A stretch of 64,000 nucleotides of DNA from Eledone cirrhosa. Taxonomy: Eukaryota. The notes under the pieces are model-generated. The model did not search any database. It saw only the letters and a list, made by a program, of their open reading frames with translations, and was not told the DNA's origin. The stretch lies in assembly GCA_964016885.1 (NCBI GenBank), contig OZ024748.1, positions 13,144,001 through 13,208,000 on the forward strand, given 5' to 3'. Each line of letters starts with the position of its first letter. The stretch's first letter is position 1. A program made the position numbers and the translations under genes. Shown in pieces: positions 12,774 through 28,084 of the stretch.

Positions 12774-12893
12774 GAGAGAGGGAGATAATGTTAAAAGAAT
12801 TATTAAAATATGACATACTCTATATTGATTTCTGATTCTGTTTATTCAATTCGAAAGTTTAAATTTAATCTGACTCCTCCCACACACTCACCC

Positions 12894-12936
<43 letters not shown>

Positions 12937-13235
12937 TATAGATTCACATATTCATGTACACATTTACAAGCACAACTACAGACACACATACATGAAATGC
13001 ACACACAAATGCACGCATCTATACACACATAAATAAGTACATATTCCCACATACAAGCACACTCCTCCACACACACACAAACACACACAGACATACGCGA
13101 GTACACATATACAAGCCCCCCCCCCTCTCACACACGCACTCACACACACAAAGCAAATACACACACAAATATATACATCTATACATGCAAACACTCACAC
13201 ATACACATACACAAGCACATCTATGCACGAATACA

Positions 13236-13295
<60 letters not shown>

Positions 13296-13889
13296 AACAC
13301 ACACACACACACACGCACACACTCATACACACATATTAAAATATCAAATACACACACGCAACCACACACTATAAAATCCTGTATGAATATAGAGTGAATG
13401 TTTTGATAGTTTGAACGAAAGAACATGAGAGAGAGAGAGAGAGAGTTGGCGAGAGAGGAGAGATAGAGGGAGAGACAGAGGAGAGAGAATGAGAGAGAGA
13501 GAAAGAGAGAGGAAGAAAGAGAGAGAAAGAAAGAGAGAGATAGAGGAAGAGAATGAAAGAGACAGAAAGAGAGTCAAGAAATGGCAAGTTGACTTTATCT
13601 TCTATTGATTATTTTCTTAGGTATTCAGATGGCTTAAGATTTATAGTCCGAGTGGGAATCATTTCATTCTCAACTTGGAGCAGTGAAACACATCAGATAT
13701 TGATTTTAAACGTTAGTATTTTTAAATATCGTATTCAAGCATAGGGGCGGGAGAACGAAATGTGTGCGGTAGAATGGATTGGGAGAATAGTTAGAGCAAT
13801 GGTTCTGAAATATACTTTTTTTTTATATTTCCATACTCCACCACATCAAGGGAGAAAAAAAACATTTGATGTCTCTCTCTTCAATTCGA

Positions 13890-14015
13890 AGACACATAGC
13901 CTAATGGGTAGTGTGTTGGATTAACAATCAAAAGCTTGTGTGTTCGATTTCTGGAGCTGTTGACTTCTGGAGTTGTGTTCTAGAGCTGCGAAGTATATTA
14001 TTTCATGTTGCTCCT
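13890..14015 (+). mobile_element. Degenerate tRNA-headed SINE (second family)
   Basis: A-box-like TAGCCTAATGG, B-box-like GTTCGATTTC, then GTTGTGTTC..GAG; resembles 63617. Confidence 0.45.
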
Positions 14016-14677
14016 TCCACCAGGTGGTGGATCGCCACATAGCATCAGCAATAGAATGAGAAGTGGACATATTGTTTATTTCGTCTGATCTGATATAGGT
14101 TTTATTATAAGTTTCTATTTCAAACTGAAGTCTAGCGATTTGGAGATGCACCGGAGAGGAAATATCGATTAAATTAACCCACCAGTAGTTGAATGGTACT
14201 ATATTCTATCGACGTCGCAAGAATAAAAGGCAAAATTTACCTCCACCAGGCTTTAAATTCATTAAATAAAGAGCCAGAACAAATACTGCTCTGGTTCTTA
14301 TGTCGAGGCTCTCCTCTTCAACATAAAAACATGTTTGTGTTTATAAGTTATGGTGTAAAATTTAGAAATTTATCAAATCACAAAGAAGCAAACAATTTCA
14401 AATCTCTCCCCATAAAATATTCACATTGAATTCTACCTCTGCTATATACCCCCTATATTCAGCACCACTAATCTAGTGGCTTGTTGTATTTAGTTACTGT
14501 CTGTAAGGTTTTTATGTTTGTATTCCACTTTGACATCCATTCTTTTACATTTAAAAGAATTAAGTAATAGTCAATACTCCAGTCGATATATTCAAATAGG
14601 CTTCATCCCCGTCAGTCCTCCTCAAACTTTCTGGCCTTGTCTCAATATAGTAAACCAAAATTACACTCTCTGATTGT

Positions 14678-15170
14678 ATGCTGGATTAGTAGATTCGGTA
14701 GAGCGTCGGACAGAATGAGTTACTGTAGCTACTATGCAAACATACTGTATAGAGGTCCCATTGTTAATTCGAATTTCAGGGTGGTGGATTGGCTCTACGT
14801 CGGACAACATGCTTTGTAGCATAGAGTTACAGCCCGTTACGATTTGAGTTCAACTCCCACCGAGGTTAACTTTCCCTTTCACCCTTACAGGTTCAATAAA
14901 ATAAAACACCAGTAATGCACTGGTGTCGATTTAATCGATTTTTCCCACCCCGCAAAATTGTTGGCCTTGAAACCTAAAGCAGAAAGATTATTAATTCTAA
15001 TTTTAGGCAATGAACCAATGGTTTGTTTTTTGGAGTGGTGAAGAGGGAATCGATTTCATCGACACCAGTACATTACTGGTATTTTATTATATCCACTTAA
15101 ACAATAGATATCAAAGCTGACTTCAGCGGGACAAAATACTGCCATAGATTTGATCGACGCTCTAACAATT
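14678..15170. mobile_element. SINE cluster: 5' fragment and full copy on + (14780-14995), degenerate copy on - (15000-15170)
   Basis: Matches the main SINE consensus. Confidence 0.75.
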
Positions 15171-15507
15171 CATTCTGTTAATCTAACGCCCATATTAGAT
15201 CATGAAATAACGATTTTTCACAATATGTAGCGTAAAGTTTGACTGTGGAAGATCTCAGCTAATTGTATCAATATCGATCTGTTCTTGACATGAATTTCTT
15301 CAGCTAAGATTTACGGAATAGATTGGAATGATAAAATAAAGAGTTAATAATGAATAAGAGAACTGAAACATATATTTTCTATATTATAGTTGGTGGTTCT
15401 TTCTGGGTTACATGGTAGAATGTTAGTAGATAAAATATTTAAGGATAATTAAATAAATAAGATTTATTATCAGAGAGGCTTGTTTTGAAGCACGAACACA
15501 TACCTTC

Positions 15508-15567
<60 letters not shown>

Positions 15568-15740
15568 GCACACGCACACGCACACACACACACACACATA
15601 CACACATACACATACAAATACACACACACGTATATATATATGTGTTCATATATAAATAAACTTATACATACTCACACAAACACGCACGCGCACATACACA
15701 TATATATATGTATATATGTATACATATACATATATCTATG

Positions 15741-15779
<39 letters not shown>

Positions 15780-16022
15780 GTATATATATATATACAAAGG
15801 ATCGATCAACTTTCGTCAAATCGGACCGAGGAAACAATGTATACATACATACATTCATATATAACTGTACGTAGAAGGACAATGGAGTAGTGTAGAAAAC
15901 CAATCTTTCTTATAACTATGCTACTAATGCTATGTCTGGCTAGTAAAGGAATTACCCGGGAATGCCTAAAGAGCAGCCAGAGAGGAGCTAGAGTGTTGTG
16001 TGTGTGTTAGAGAGAACTAGAG

Positions 16023-16452
16023 TAGAGGATCTCAAACTGTTTGGGCCATTGCTCTCCGTCGTGCCCACGTAATACCTGCAGCCCCTCCCAACCCTATTCC
16101 CAGAGAAACCTGCCTACTCGCAAAATGTAAAAATTATATAATAAATTTGTTATATTTGGGGAGGGTCATGTTGTTATAATATTGCCACAAGATATATAAT
16201 AAATATTATTATATTGCCAGAAATATATAATAAATACAATCGTTAATTTATATATAATATATAATATAATATTTACTATGTATAAATAGATATATATTTT
16301 TTATTTTACTATATTTATATATAATATATCATTTGATATTTAATATACTATTATATCATCTCTACCACTAATTAGGCCCCAGCACCCCCATAAACCTTGC
16401 CAATGCCACCCCCTCCAGTGGGAAGGGGTAGCGCCCCCTTTGGGAACCTCTG
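16023..16452. mobile_element. hAT (Charlie/Buster-like) MITE
   Basis: Imperfect TIRs TAGAGGATCTCAAA / TTTGGGAACCTCTG; flanking 8-mers AACTAGAG / GAGTAGAG (NNNTANNN-type TSD); GC-rich subtermini and AT-rich centre. Confidence 0.6.
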
Positions 16453-17004
16453 GAGTAGAGAGTTACTAGAGAGCTGTTCGTATTTATTTACGATAACGGC
16501 CATATTTTAAATTCCTTTGTAAATCGATATATCCGAAGTTATTGAGTAGCAATATGACGCTGGTTGTTTCTGTAGCCAAGCTTTGTTCTTCAAATATATC
16601 TTGTATAAAATGGCGATTATTTTGATTGGTTATGGCCGTTCGATCAACGAAAATAAACGTTGACAGATAACAAAAATAACAAACAAAAAAACCTGATGTT
16701 CATGTTGTTGTTGGTTTTATTATTGTAATTGCGATTTTTGTTGTTGTTATTGTTGTTAGTGTTGTTGTTGGTAGTGTTTTTGTTATTGTTGTAGGTCTGT
16801 TGTTGTTACTGTTAGTGTCATTGTTGGTGTTGATTTTGTTATTGTTGTTGCTGTTGATGTGATTATTGTAAATGGTTTTATTGTCACTGTTGGCGTTACA
16901 ATTCTTGTTGTTTCTTTAACTAATTTTTGGGAGAAAAAGTACCAGTCATGTACTGAGGGACATTCATTTCATGCAACAGTAGCAACAGCAGCAGTAGTTT
17001 CAAC

Positions 17005-17430
17005 GGTTTCAGATTTAGGCACAAGGTAGCAATATGGGGTGAAGGGGAAAGCCGATTAAATCGACCCCAGTGCATTACAGGTACTTTACTTATCGAAGAT
17101 CGTAGAGATGAAAGGCAAATTTGACATCGGCAGGTTTGAATTCAGAACAGAAAGGGACATAACTACAATGCGCAAGATATTGTGAATGAAGCTCTACCAA
17201 ACTAATGATAATGGTTTCTTATACAGGCACAAGGCCAGCAATTTTGGGGAGGGGAAAGCCGATTAAATCGACCCCCAGTGCGTGACTGGTATTTTATTTT
17301 ATCGACCCCGTAAGGATGAAAGGCAAAGTTAACCTTGGTGGAATTTGAACTCAGACCGTAAAGGACCGTAACTCTATGTCGCAAAGCATGGTGACCGACT
17401 CTCTACCGATACTGCCAATCCACCACCTTC
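17005..17430 (-). mobile_element. Two tandem SINE copies
   Basis: Reverse complement of the main SINE at ~17005-17200 and 17210-17430. Confidence 0.85.
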
Positions 17431-17477
<47 letters not shown>

Positions 17478-17611
17478 TCCAATAACGACAACAACAACAA
17501 AGAAGACAAACAGTAAAAAATAATTCCATAAAACTGTTTCTTAATGAAATATTTTTCCCTTCTTTCCTTGAATAATAATAATAATAATAATGATTTCTTT
17601 ATTTATTTATT

Positions 17612-17651
<40 letters not shown>

Positions 17652-17705
17652 ACAACAGTATCATCATCAATAACAACAACTATAATAGTAACGATAACAA
17701 CAATA

Positions 17706-17890
17706 ATTGTTTCTATATTAGGCACAAGGCCAGCAAATACCCAGTACATTATTGGTACTTTATTTTATCGACCCCGTAAAGATGAAAGGCAAAGTTAACC
17801 TCGGCGGGATTTGAACTCAGATCATAAAGGGACGTAACTCTATGCTTCAAAGCATGGTGTCCGACTCTCTAACGATACTGCCAATCCACA
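17706..17890 (-). mobile_element. SINE, short-tail variant
   Basis: Reverse complement of consensus; lacks the GTCGATTTAATCGAC segment. Confidence 0.85.
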
Positions 17891-18180
17891 TAATGCAATA
17901 TATATGTCAATGAATTCAGAGCAAAAATTACTGTGTCAAATATAGATTGTTGTTGGCAATAACACACCATAGCTTCCAGAAGAGTCGCTCCTCTCCCCAT
18001 ATCTCAGACCACCAGCACCGTATCAATGCAATGAGACGTAGCTTTGGAACGGAATCACCCCCCCCCCCTCATCTCCATAGTTCTACCTGATTTGCATATG
18101 TCTCAGTCCTACACAAAAGTACATTCCATTCCATATCCAGAAAATCGACATTTCTCTCTGTACACCAACGTCCAAATATC

Positions 18181-18317
18181 TCTCTCTTCCTCTGCCTCTC
18201 ACTCTTTAAGTCTCTCTCTTCCTCTGCCTCTCACTCTCTAAGTCTCTCTCTTCCTCTGCCTCTCAATCTCTAAGTCTCTCTCTTCCTCTGCCTCTCACTC
18301 TCTAAGTCTTTCTCTTC
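18181..18317. repeat. 32 bp minisatellite, ~4 copies
   Basis: TCTCTCTTCCTCTGCCTCTCACTCTCTAAGTC. Confidence 0.9.
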
Positions 18318-18399
18318 ACCCACCCCCTCTTCTCTCTCCAGAACTACAACACATTCTCCTCTCCACACGGATATACACTATTCAGTCTCTATATCAACA

Positions 18400-18930
18400 A
18401 CTACAGTATACTCACATCATCCTCTAAATCAACTAACACAATATACACACATCATTCTATACACCAACAAACATAATATACTCACATCATTCTCTACATC
18501 AACAAACACAATATACACACATCATTCTATACACCAACAAACATAATATACACACATCATTCTCTACATCAACAAACACAATATACACACATCATTCTAT
18601 ACATCAACAAACATAATATACTCACATCATTCTCTACATCAACAAACACAATATACACACATCATTCTATACACCAACAAACATAATATACACATATCAT
18701 TCTCTACATCAACAAACACAATATACACACACCATTCTATACACCAACAAACATAATATACACATATCATTCTATACACAAACAACAACATTATACACAT
18801 ATAATTCTATACACTACCAACCACAGTATACACACATCAATCTCTACACCAACAACCACAATAGTCATACATATGTTTCTACCCCATACAACCAGAATAT
18901 ACAAACATTATCCTCTATACCAACAACCAC
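18400..18930. repeat. 35 bp minisatellite with 70 bp dimer periodicity
   Basis: ATATACACACATCATTCTATACACCAACAAACATA alternating with a CTCTACATC variant. Confidence 0.9.
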
Positions 18931-19144
18931 ACATGTCTCTGCAACCCAATAACCACATATAAAAATTGTCTCCATAGAAGTACATTCGTTTTTTCATTAT
19001 CTAATCCTACATATACCTCTGTATACCAACAGGCTAAATCTATTGGACTAAAAATATACTGTTTGTGTGTGTATATATATATATATAACTTGACTTTGTT
19101 ATCATTTTCATTGTTAAATTAATATCTAATTATATATATCCCCT

Positions 19145-19295
19145 CAGTCTATCTTATTTGTCATTCTTTCTTCTGATAAAGGACTAGCGTCTGAAACGTT
19201 AAGACTCTCTTCCTGCAATTTCAAGCGTTTAAACTAATATATCCCTTCCATATATTGTACACATTGTGTTGTTATTTCTGTTTACCTTTTACATA
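19145..19295 (+). mobile_element. Family C element with mutated HHR (19169-19204)
   Basis: TCTT-CTGATAA-AGGAC TAGC GTCT-GAAACGTT-AAGA; tail also at 21365-21450, 22055-22110 (-), 38137-38222 and 46929-47010 (-). Confidence 0.7.
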
Positions 19296-19300
19296 GATAT

Positions 19301-19410
<110 letters not shown>

Positions 19411-19859
19411 ATGAAAACAGGGAGAAAGAGACGATTATGAGGAAGAAAAATATATTTTTTTCCTTTTTTTTTTGTCTCTCTCTCTCTTTTTTCTGGGTTA
19501 GAAAATGATTAAAACGAAATGTTTTACTTTGTGTGAAGTGTTAAGGTACTAGTTGATTTATTTATTATTGAAACGGTTGGACGGGTGTTTTTGAATTTTA
19601 TGGAACTTAATTTATAGCTAGGGGTATTTTGATTATGGAACATAGTTCAGTATATAATGCCAGGGAGACGGTAAAAGGAGTGGGTATCACTTGTAGGAAT
19701 CGAACTCATACATATACTATACATTTATATATATGTATGTATGCTTGTATGTATGTATGTATATATATATATGTATATGCACAAACAGGGACACACATAT
19801 GCATACACACACGCACCCACACACATATATATGTATATAATCACATATATATTTATGTG

Positions 19860-19916
<57 letters not shown>

Positions 19917-20054
19917 ATACATATGTATGTGTGTGTGAGCGTATGTCTATGTGTGTATATTTGTATATATATATATATGTATGTATGTGTATATATGTGT
20001 ATTTATGTAAAGAGAGAGAGTTAGAGAGAGAGAGAGGGAGAGAGAGAGAGAGAG

Positions 20055-20089
<35 letters not shown>

Positions 20090-20105
20090 GAGAGAGAGGG
20101 AGAGG

Positions 20106-20167
<62 letters not shown>

Positions 20168-21037
20168 CAGACAAAGAGATAGAGAACGATATGAACCAAA
20201 CTAGATGGAATTTATTGGCGAAGAAGGGAAGAAGAAATAAGGGAAGAATTCCATTCAGCGTTTTGGCGATTCTCTCTCTAGTTTACGATTTTTCTGTTGG
20301 TTGCTTTCTAGTAATTTCTATCCAGCGAGTCTCAGCAGCCAGCCAGTTGGCTGATTCTCCTATTCTCTATATATTGGATATTGTCGTATTCTACATAGAA
20401 TGTCGGTGGCTCTCTGAAAGAAGAACTGCTTAGAAAGTTAACATGGCTGTCTGTTTTGTCGTTGGCTGACATTTATGTATTGGCGTTGGCACCATTGGTT
20501 GGTTGGTTCGTTGGCATCGCCTTGCCTTTTCTAATTCTTGCTTTCTTTTTATTTTACATATTTACACATTATACCGCTGGTTTTTTTCCATCTCGTTCAG
20601 TACCAACTCCATACACACTACACAAATAAACAAACCTGGTTCCATTTCTAGATTCTTCTAGTCATATTCCTCTATTTCTCTATTTCGCGATTTCTCTCTA
20701 AATCTCTCTGTTTTCTACTCCCTTATCTTTAAAGCTTGCTTTTCCTCCCACCACCTTACTTCTATTCTTACTCATGTTCTCTCGATTCTTCTATCTTCTG
20801 TCTTCTGTCTTCTCTCTTCTCATAGCATTTCTCTGCCAACGTGGTTAGTTTAGAATACAACTTATCGACCAATTATATTACACGAGGGCAGAGTAAATAG
20901 ATAAATTTACGAGGGAGAGAGAGAGAGTGTGTGTGAGTTAGAGGAGTAGTAGTGAAATATATACATACATACATATGTACATATATACAGAGAGACATAC
21001 ATGCATAAATACATGTATACATAAATACATGTATACT

Positions 21038-21068
<31 letters not shown>

Positions 21069-21191
21069 GTAGGAAGCCAAGTGAGTTGTTACTAAATAAC
21101 AAATGGGACATTCGTTAGAAATGATTTATTTTCTTGACCTTTATTTCTTTGTTTATTCATTTAAACCAAATTCTCTCTAGCTCAGTTGTCC

Positions 21192-21361
<170 letters not shown>

Positions 21362-21493
21362 ATAAATTTCCTGTTATTTCATGCGTTAAACTAACATATT
21401 TCTTCAATATATTGTGTCGTTTGCTTTGATATTTCTGTTTACATTTTACATACATATACACTCACTTACATACATTCACACACACACACACAC

Positions 21494-21542
<49 letters not shown>

Positions 21543-21546
21543 TATA

Positions 21547-21613
<67 letters not shown>

Positions 21614-21767
21614 GACGTAGGGGACCAACTACAAGCATAAGCGGTTTGAGCTTGTTGCAATCTGAGACTGCTCGAGCTCGTGGTAATACCTGTACCTCAT
21701 TATTGAGTACTACATTGAAATCCCCATATATATTATAATATATTATTTATTTATGTACATACGCGTA

Positions 21768-21963
21768 TCAAAAGCGCCACCCAAGGTTCCAAGGCCCAAA
21801 TTTGAACCTCCCTCCACAATACAAGAGGCAGACAAATTTGATTATTCTTTTATTCATGAGGTATGAAAAGGTTTGGGTCTTGAAGACTTGCGTAGTGCTT
21901 TTGAGCTGTGAATGAAAATAAATAAATAATTTAATATTTCTGCTCTCTTCCCGATTGAGCACT

Positions 21964-21965
<2 letters not shown>
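21768..21965. mobile_element. Small dispersed element with imperfect inverted arms
   Basis: CAAGGCCCAAATTTGA and TAATATTTCTGCTCT..TTGAGCACTG recur at 30810-30930. Confidence 0.55.
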
Positions 21966-22035
<70 letters not shown>

Positions 22036-22224
22036 GCACACACACATATATATGTATGTAAAAGATAAACAGAAATAACAACACAATCGGTACAGTATAT
22101 GGAAGGGATAAGTCAGAAAAACTCTATTTATGAGAGGATAAGCAAGACAGATAAAACAAAATGTTTTAGTTCGTCTCGTTTATTTAAAGATCTCTGAGTG
22201 ATATCTTATCTCTATATTTTATCC

Positions 22225-22445
22225 ACTTTACCTTTCATCCTTACCAAGTCGATAAAATAAAGTACCAGCAACATACTGAGGTAGATTTCATCGAATTTTC
22301 TCTTACCGAAAAATTATTCGTTTTGTGCCTTAATCCGAAACCGAGGTTAAATTTGTCTTTCATTCTTACGGGGTCGATAAAATAAAGTACCAGTAATACA
22401 CTGGAATAATTGCTAGACGTGTGCCAAAAGTAGAAAGAATTATTA
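22225..22445 (+). mobile_element. Two tandem SINE 3' fragments
   Basis: CTTTCAT.CTTAC...GTCGATAAAATAAAGTACCAG occurs twice. Confidence 0.75.
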
Positions 22446-22661
22446 TCATTGCTCCAGTTGGCGTTGCCGTTGTTGTTGCTCACTTGATTGATGCTGTTGG
22501 TGTTGTTGTTGTTATTGTTGTTGTTATTGTTGTTGTAATTCTTGTTGTTGTTGTTGTTGTTGCAATTCTTGTGGTTATCAGAGCAGAGTAAGCAGTGCAG
22601 AATCTATGTGAAATATTAATTGGACAGTATATATATATAAACTGAAATAAAAAAAAAACAA

Positions 22662-22704
<43 letters not shown>

Positions 22705-23061
22705 ATACAAAGAACAAAAGACGAAGAGCAAGAACAACAATAACTAAAAGAACAACAGAGTACTGCTCTCGTTCAGTTTTAATCAATCAATCAATCAACA
22801 GATCGGTGAACCAATATGCTTTGATCTATGATATGACAAGCAACAGGAAGTTGAAGATTTCACAAAGAAAGCTACTTGGATCATTAGCAGCGGTGTCCTG
22901 CGGTGTTGTAGGAGAATCAGTTCCTATTAGACAGTGTACCTTTACATTAGTACACATAAAACAAACACGTTTACACATACACGAAGAGACAGACGTGCAC
23001 GGAGACACACACATAGGAAGACACACACTCACACATATAAACGAACCTATGTGTATATATG

Positions 23062-23127
<66 letters not shown>

Positions 23128-23141
23128 TACAGACACACATA

Positions 23142-23221
<80 letters not shown>

Positions 23222-23353
23222 AGAATGTTACCTTATTATAAGCTGATAATAGAAAGTTACAATATGCTAAAATGCCTTTAAATTTCAAACTTGCTCAACG
23301 AGGAATTTTTTCTTTGTCTATAAATACAAGTCATAAAGTTTCTTTATATATAT

Positions 23354-23407
<54 letters not shown>

Positions 23408-23420
23408 ATGTGTGTGTGAG

Positions 23421-23473
<53 letters not shown>

Positions 23474-23775
23474 ATGTGCACATGTTATGTTGTGTCAATC
23501 TCATCGTGTTACACCATTGTAAAGCTGTCACTGGTCAGTTTTACAAGTCTGTGTGTGGCACCTCCAGCTATTTTCTACTGTTACTTCTTGTTGTTCTTGT
23601 TCTTGATACTGTTGTTGTTGTTGGTGCTGGTGTAGTTGTTGTTGTTGTTCTCCTTCTTCTTCTTCGTCATTTTGTACCTATATATACACATGTACACATA
23701 GGAACATAGAGATTTTCTTATCTATATTGAATCCCTGCAAAAGCGCGTGTAAATACACACACACATATATATATA

Positions 23776-23840
23776 TAGTAATCATGAATACAAAGACCTA
23801 ATTCCAAAGAGTGTTTGATAGGGATTCTTATATATATATG

Positions 23841-23914
<74 letters not shown>

Positions 23915-24075
23915 AATCTGTAGACCAAATATTTATTATTAGCACAGATTAAAGTTTAAGCAAACAATTTCAGCTTTTCCCCCATACATGAACTTCAGAA
24001 GATCCCTTATAAGGGGAAAACAGAAACACTTTGCTTTAACTTTTTACTGTAATCTGTACTAATAACACACACACT

Positions 24076-24131
<56 letters not shown>

Positions 24132-24224
24132 CACACACACATATATATATATAATAAGTTTCAGAAGATCCCGTTAAGGGAGAAACCAGCGTTTCTTTGC
24201 TTAAACTTTAATGTGTTATTTTAA

Positions 24225-24226
<2 letters not shown>
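23776..24226. mobile_element. Family B cluster; best motif at 24157-24207 (+)
   Basis: AGTTT-CAGAAGA-TCCC GTTAA GGGA-GAAA-CCA...TGC-TT-AAACT; degenerate fold-back at 23935-24065. Confidence 0.7.
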
Positions 24227-24271
<45 letters not shown>

Positions 24272-24469
24272 TTATATCTACGGTCTTATATGTGTATATG
24301 TATGTACAAACATCTCTGTTGTGAATATATGTTTATGTGTTAGATATATATGTATAAATATTTGCCTGTGTTTGTTTATGTAAATATATATATGCGTTAG
24401 CGTATGTTTGTGTGTTCATAAATTATGAATACCCACATGTGTGTCTATTTTCATATAAATGTATGAGTT

Positions 24470-25215
24470 TGTTTGTGTGTATGTATCAGTGTAGTGTTTA
24501 CATATATCTGTATGTACGTGTATTTATGCGTATGAGTGTGGCAGTGTCTTTACATATATTTGTGTGTATGTGTATTTGTGTGCATGTGTGTGACTGTGTA
24601 GTGTTTACATATATCTGTATGTACGTGTATTTATGCATATGAGTGTGGCAGTGTCTTTACATATATTTGTGTGTATGTGTATTTGTGTGCATGTGTGTCA
24701 CTGTGTAGTGTTTACATATATCTGTATGTACGTGTATTTATGCATATGAGTGTGGCAGTGTCTTTACATATATTTGTGTGTATGTGTATTTGTGTGTATG
24801 TGTGTCACTGTGTAGTGTTTACATATATCTGTATGTACGTGTATTTATGCATATGAGTGTGGCAGTGTCTTTACATATATTTGTGTGTATGTGTATTTGT
24901 GTGTATGTGTGTCACTGTGTAGTGTTTACATATATCTGTATGTACGTGTATTTATGCGTATGAGTGTGGCAGTGTCTTTACATATATTTGTGTGTATGTG
25001 TATTTATGCGTATGAATGCGGCAGTGACTTTACATATATTTGTGTATGTGTGTAACTGTATAGTGTTTACATATATCTATGTGTATGTGTATGAGTGTGT
25101 CTGTATTTTTACATATATCTATGTGTATGTGTGTAACTGTATAGTGTTTACATATATCTGTGTGTATGTGTATTTATGTGTATGAGTGTGTCTGTATTTT
25201 AACATATATCTACGT
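24470..25215. repeat. 107 bp tandem repeat
   Basis: GTGGCAGTGTCTTTAC at 107 bp spacing (24538, 24645, 24752, 24859, 24966). Confidence 0.9.
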
Positions 25216-28084
25216 GTATGTGTGTGACTTTGAGTGCTAAGTGCGTCTGTATGTGTTTTATTGAACCGGAAGTGATCATGAGAAATGTAGTGTTTCCTTC
25301 GGCGCCGTGAACACAATTCGACAACAAGGGGGTAGCACAATAGAAAATGGCTGTTAATGGCGTCTCCTGTTGTGTCAGTGTTTGGAGAAGGTTTTAGAAG
25401 TGGGTTGGGTAGTAATGCGGAGGGCGGAAGGGGGGGGGTAACCGCACCGCCACCACCATCGTCACCACCACCATCGCCATCCTCACCAACACAATCACCA
25501 TCGCCACCACCACCACCAACACAATCACCATCGCCACCACCACCACCAACACAATCACCACAGCGTGTTTGTTGAACGTTTTATAAGTGGGTTCGGAAGC
25601 AAAGCAAAAAGACTGTGGGGCCGGGGGTAACTGCACCACCGCCATCATTACCACAATACCCCCACCAACACCCCACCATCCTCACCATCATCACCACTAC
25701 CAGCATCACCTTCAACACCACTGCCACCAGCACCACAACCACCGCGTATTACGTGAAGTGTTTAGAAGTGGGTTGATAGTAAAGTGTTTGTGTGGTGGTG
25801 GTGGTGGTGGTGGTGGTGGTTGTGTGTGTGCTGGTGGTTGTGGTGGTGGTGGTGGTAGTGGTGGTTGGGGGGTTTCCACCAACATCCCCACCATCCCACC
25901 AATAATAGCACCTTCCCCTCAACATCATCATCACTATCATCACAACCACTGCCTATTACGTGTGTGTGTGGTGGTGGTGGTGTTGATGGAGAGTTTAATA
26001 CCATTATAACCATTAATTCCACCATCACCACTATCACCACCACCACCACTTCACCACCACTTCACCCTCCCCCACCACCACCACTACCACCTTACCACTA
26101 ATAGCACTTCCCCCTCCCACCACAATCGGCGCCGCCAACGTCTCCTTTCTATGGTGTTGATGGTGGAGATGGTAGATGTTGAATCTATGTAATATATGAG
26201 AAGTAGTTGTATGTGTGAGTGCATATATTATGATCGTATCTGTATATGTGCATATGTGTCTGTGTCTGTATGTACGTATGTGTATATGTGTATGTGTATG
26301 TATTTGTGTGTGTATATGTATATGTGTGTTAATGTGTATGTGTGTATGTGTTCATATTTCCGTGTGTTTATTCTTTGTTTATCATGTGGTATATTCCTGT
26401 TTGTTTATATAAGCCAACATGTGTGTGATATTGTGTGTATATATGTTTGCCTTGTTCTTGTGAGTATGTGTGTATATACGCAAGTAGTGTTTATAATGTA
26501 TGTATAACTTTAGATTATATGTGTCTACGTGGATAGATTTTTAGTGCGTAGATGCTCTCTCTAACACATAAAAACACAAACAAGCACGTATATCCTCATA
26601 CGTGCATTTACACGTATATCCAATGCATTTACACACACACATATATTTTCATATATACATTTACATATGTATATATATATAAATATATATATATACACAC
26701 ATATATTTATATATATATATATGTATATATATGTATATATAAGTATCTCTCTCTATATATATATTATATATATATATATATATGTTTATATACATATACA
26801 TACATTTACATGTATATATACATATATGTGTGTGTGTGTGTGTACATGTGTGTCCAAGTTCGTGTGAAACAGTTAGGAATATATAAGACAGCAGCCATTC
26901 CTACGAATTCGGCCGTCCTTATTCTCTCATGTTTTACTGACCTTTCCAATGGCGTCTCTTCCGCTACCTGTTTGATGTTCTTTGATCAGGCTACATGTGA
27001 CGACTTTTTTATGTCTCATGTTCTTACATGTATCACCAACACCACAGAGGACACCATCATCAACGACACCATCACCAACAGTACCATCACCAACATCATC
27101 TTCACCGACACCCACAACTAGCCCCACAATATCCACCAGTAACGTGATCACTACTAACACCAGCTCCAGCACCATAACCAGCACTGTCATCACCACTTCC
27201 ATCAGTACTTCAACCATCAACAACACTACCACCACCACCACCACCAACACCAACACCACCTACACAACCACCACTACCACCACCATCACCACTATCAACA
27301 CCACTATCGCTATCATTACTACCACCACAGCCCCTACTATTACTACCCCCTCCCACCATGACCCCCGCAACCCTCACTACCTCCACCACCACCACCACCA
27401 TCAGCCAACGCCACTACTATCACCACCAACACCCTCACCTCCACAAGCATCACCGCCAACACCACCATCACCACCACATGCATCACCATCAACACCAACG
27501 CCTCTGCATCACCATCTCTATCACCACAAGCCCAGCTTCACCCCCATCACAGACAGCACCACCACACCCCCCACAATCACCACCACCACTATCACCATCA
27601 CCATCACCATCACCATCACCACCATCGCCATCACCATCATCACCAACACCGCTACCAACCTTTCATTTCTCTTCTATTTTGTTGTCACCAAAGTCAAATG
27701 ATTTATCAGTGTTTGATGGCAGTGATGAAGAAGATGAAATGATTTCAACGCCTTCAGGTTTACCTCCGTCGGTTGCGACTAGGAGTGTTCCAGTTGTTTG
27801 AACTACAACTAGCACGGTCATTTCTTAAATAGACTGCTGCTGTCACTGAATATGCCACAGACACATGTACCCTTAACTTAGTTTTCAATGGGATTCAGCA
27901 TTACAAATTGCAAAAAGCCTAACCCTTTGTTTTACAGCTACAGTCCATCTTGTATGATGCTACAAGTGGCTGAGCATTCCAAATCCTCGTGAACCCTTAA
28001 TTTAATTTCCAAGTAGATTTAAGAGACATTTTGTGTGACAAGGTGGGCCTTTTGTTTTATAGGTACAGTTCTTTTGAATGATAG

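Noticed and set aside
26982-27701. Mucin-like Thr/Pro-rich ORF
   Set aside because: Degenerate (CAC/CAT)n tract, also open in a second frame; no splice or homology support.
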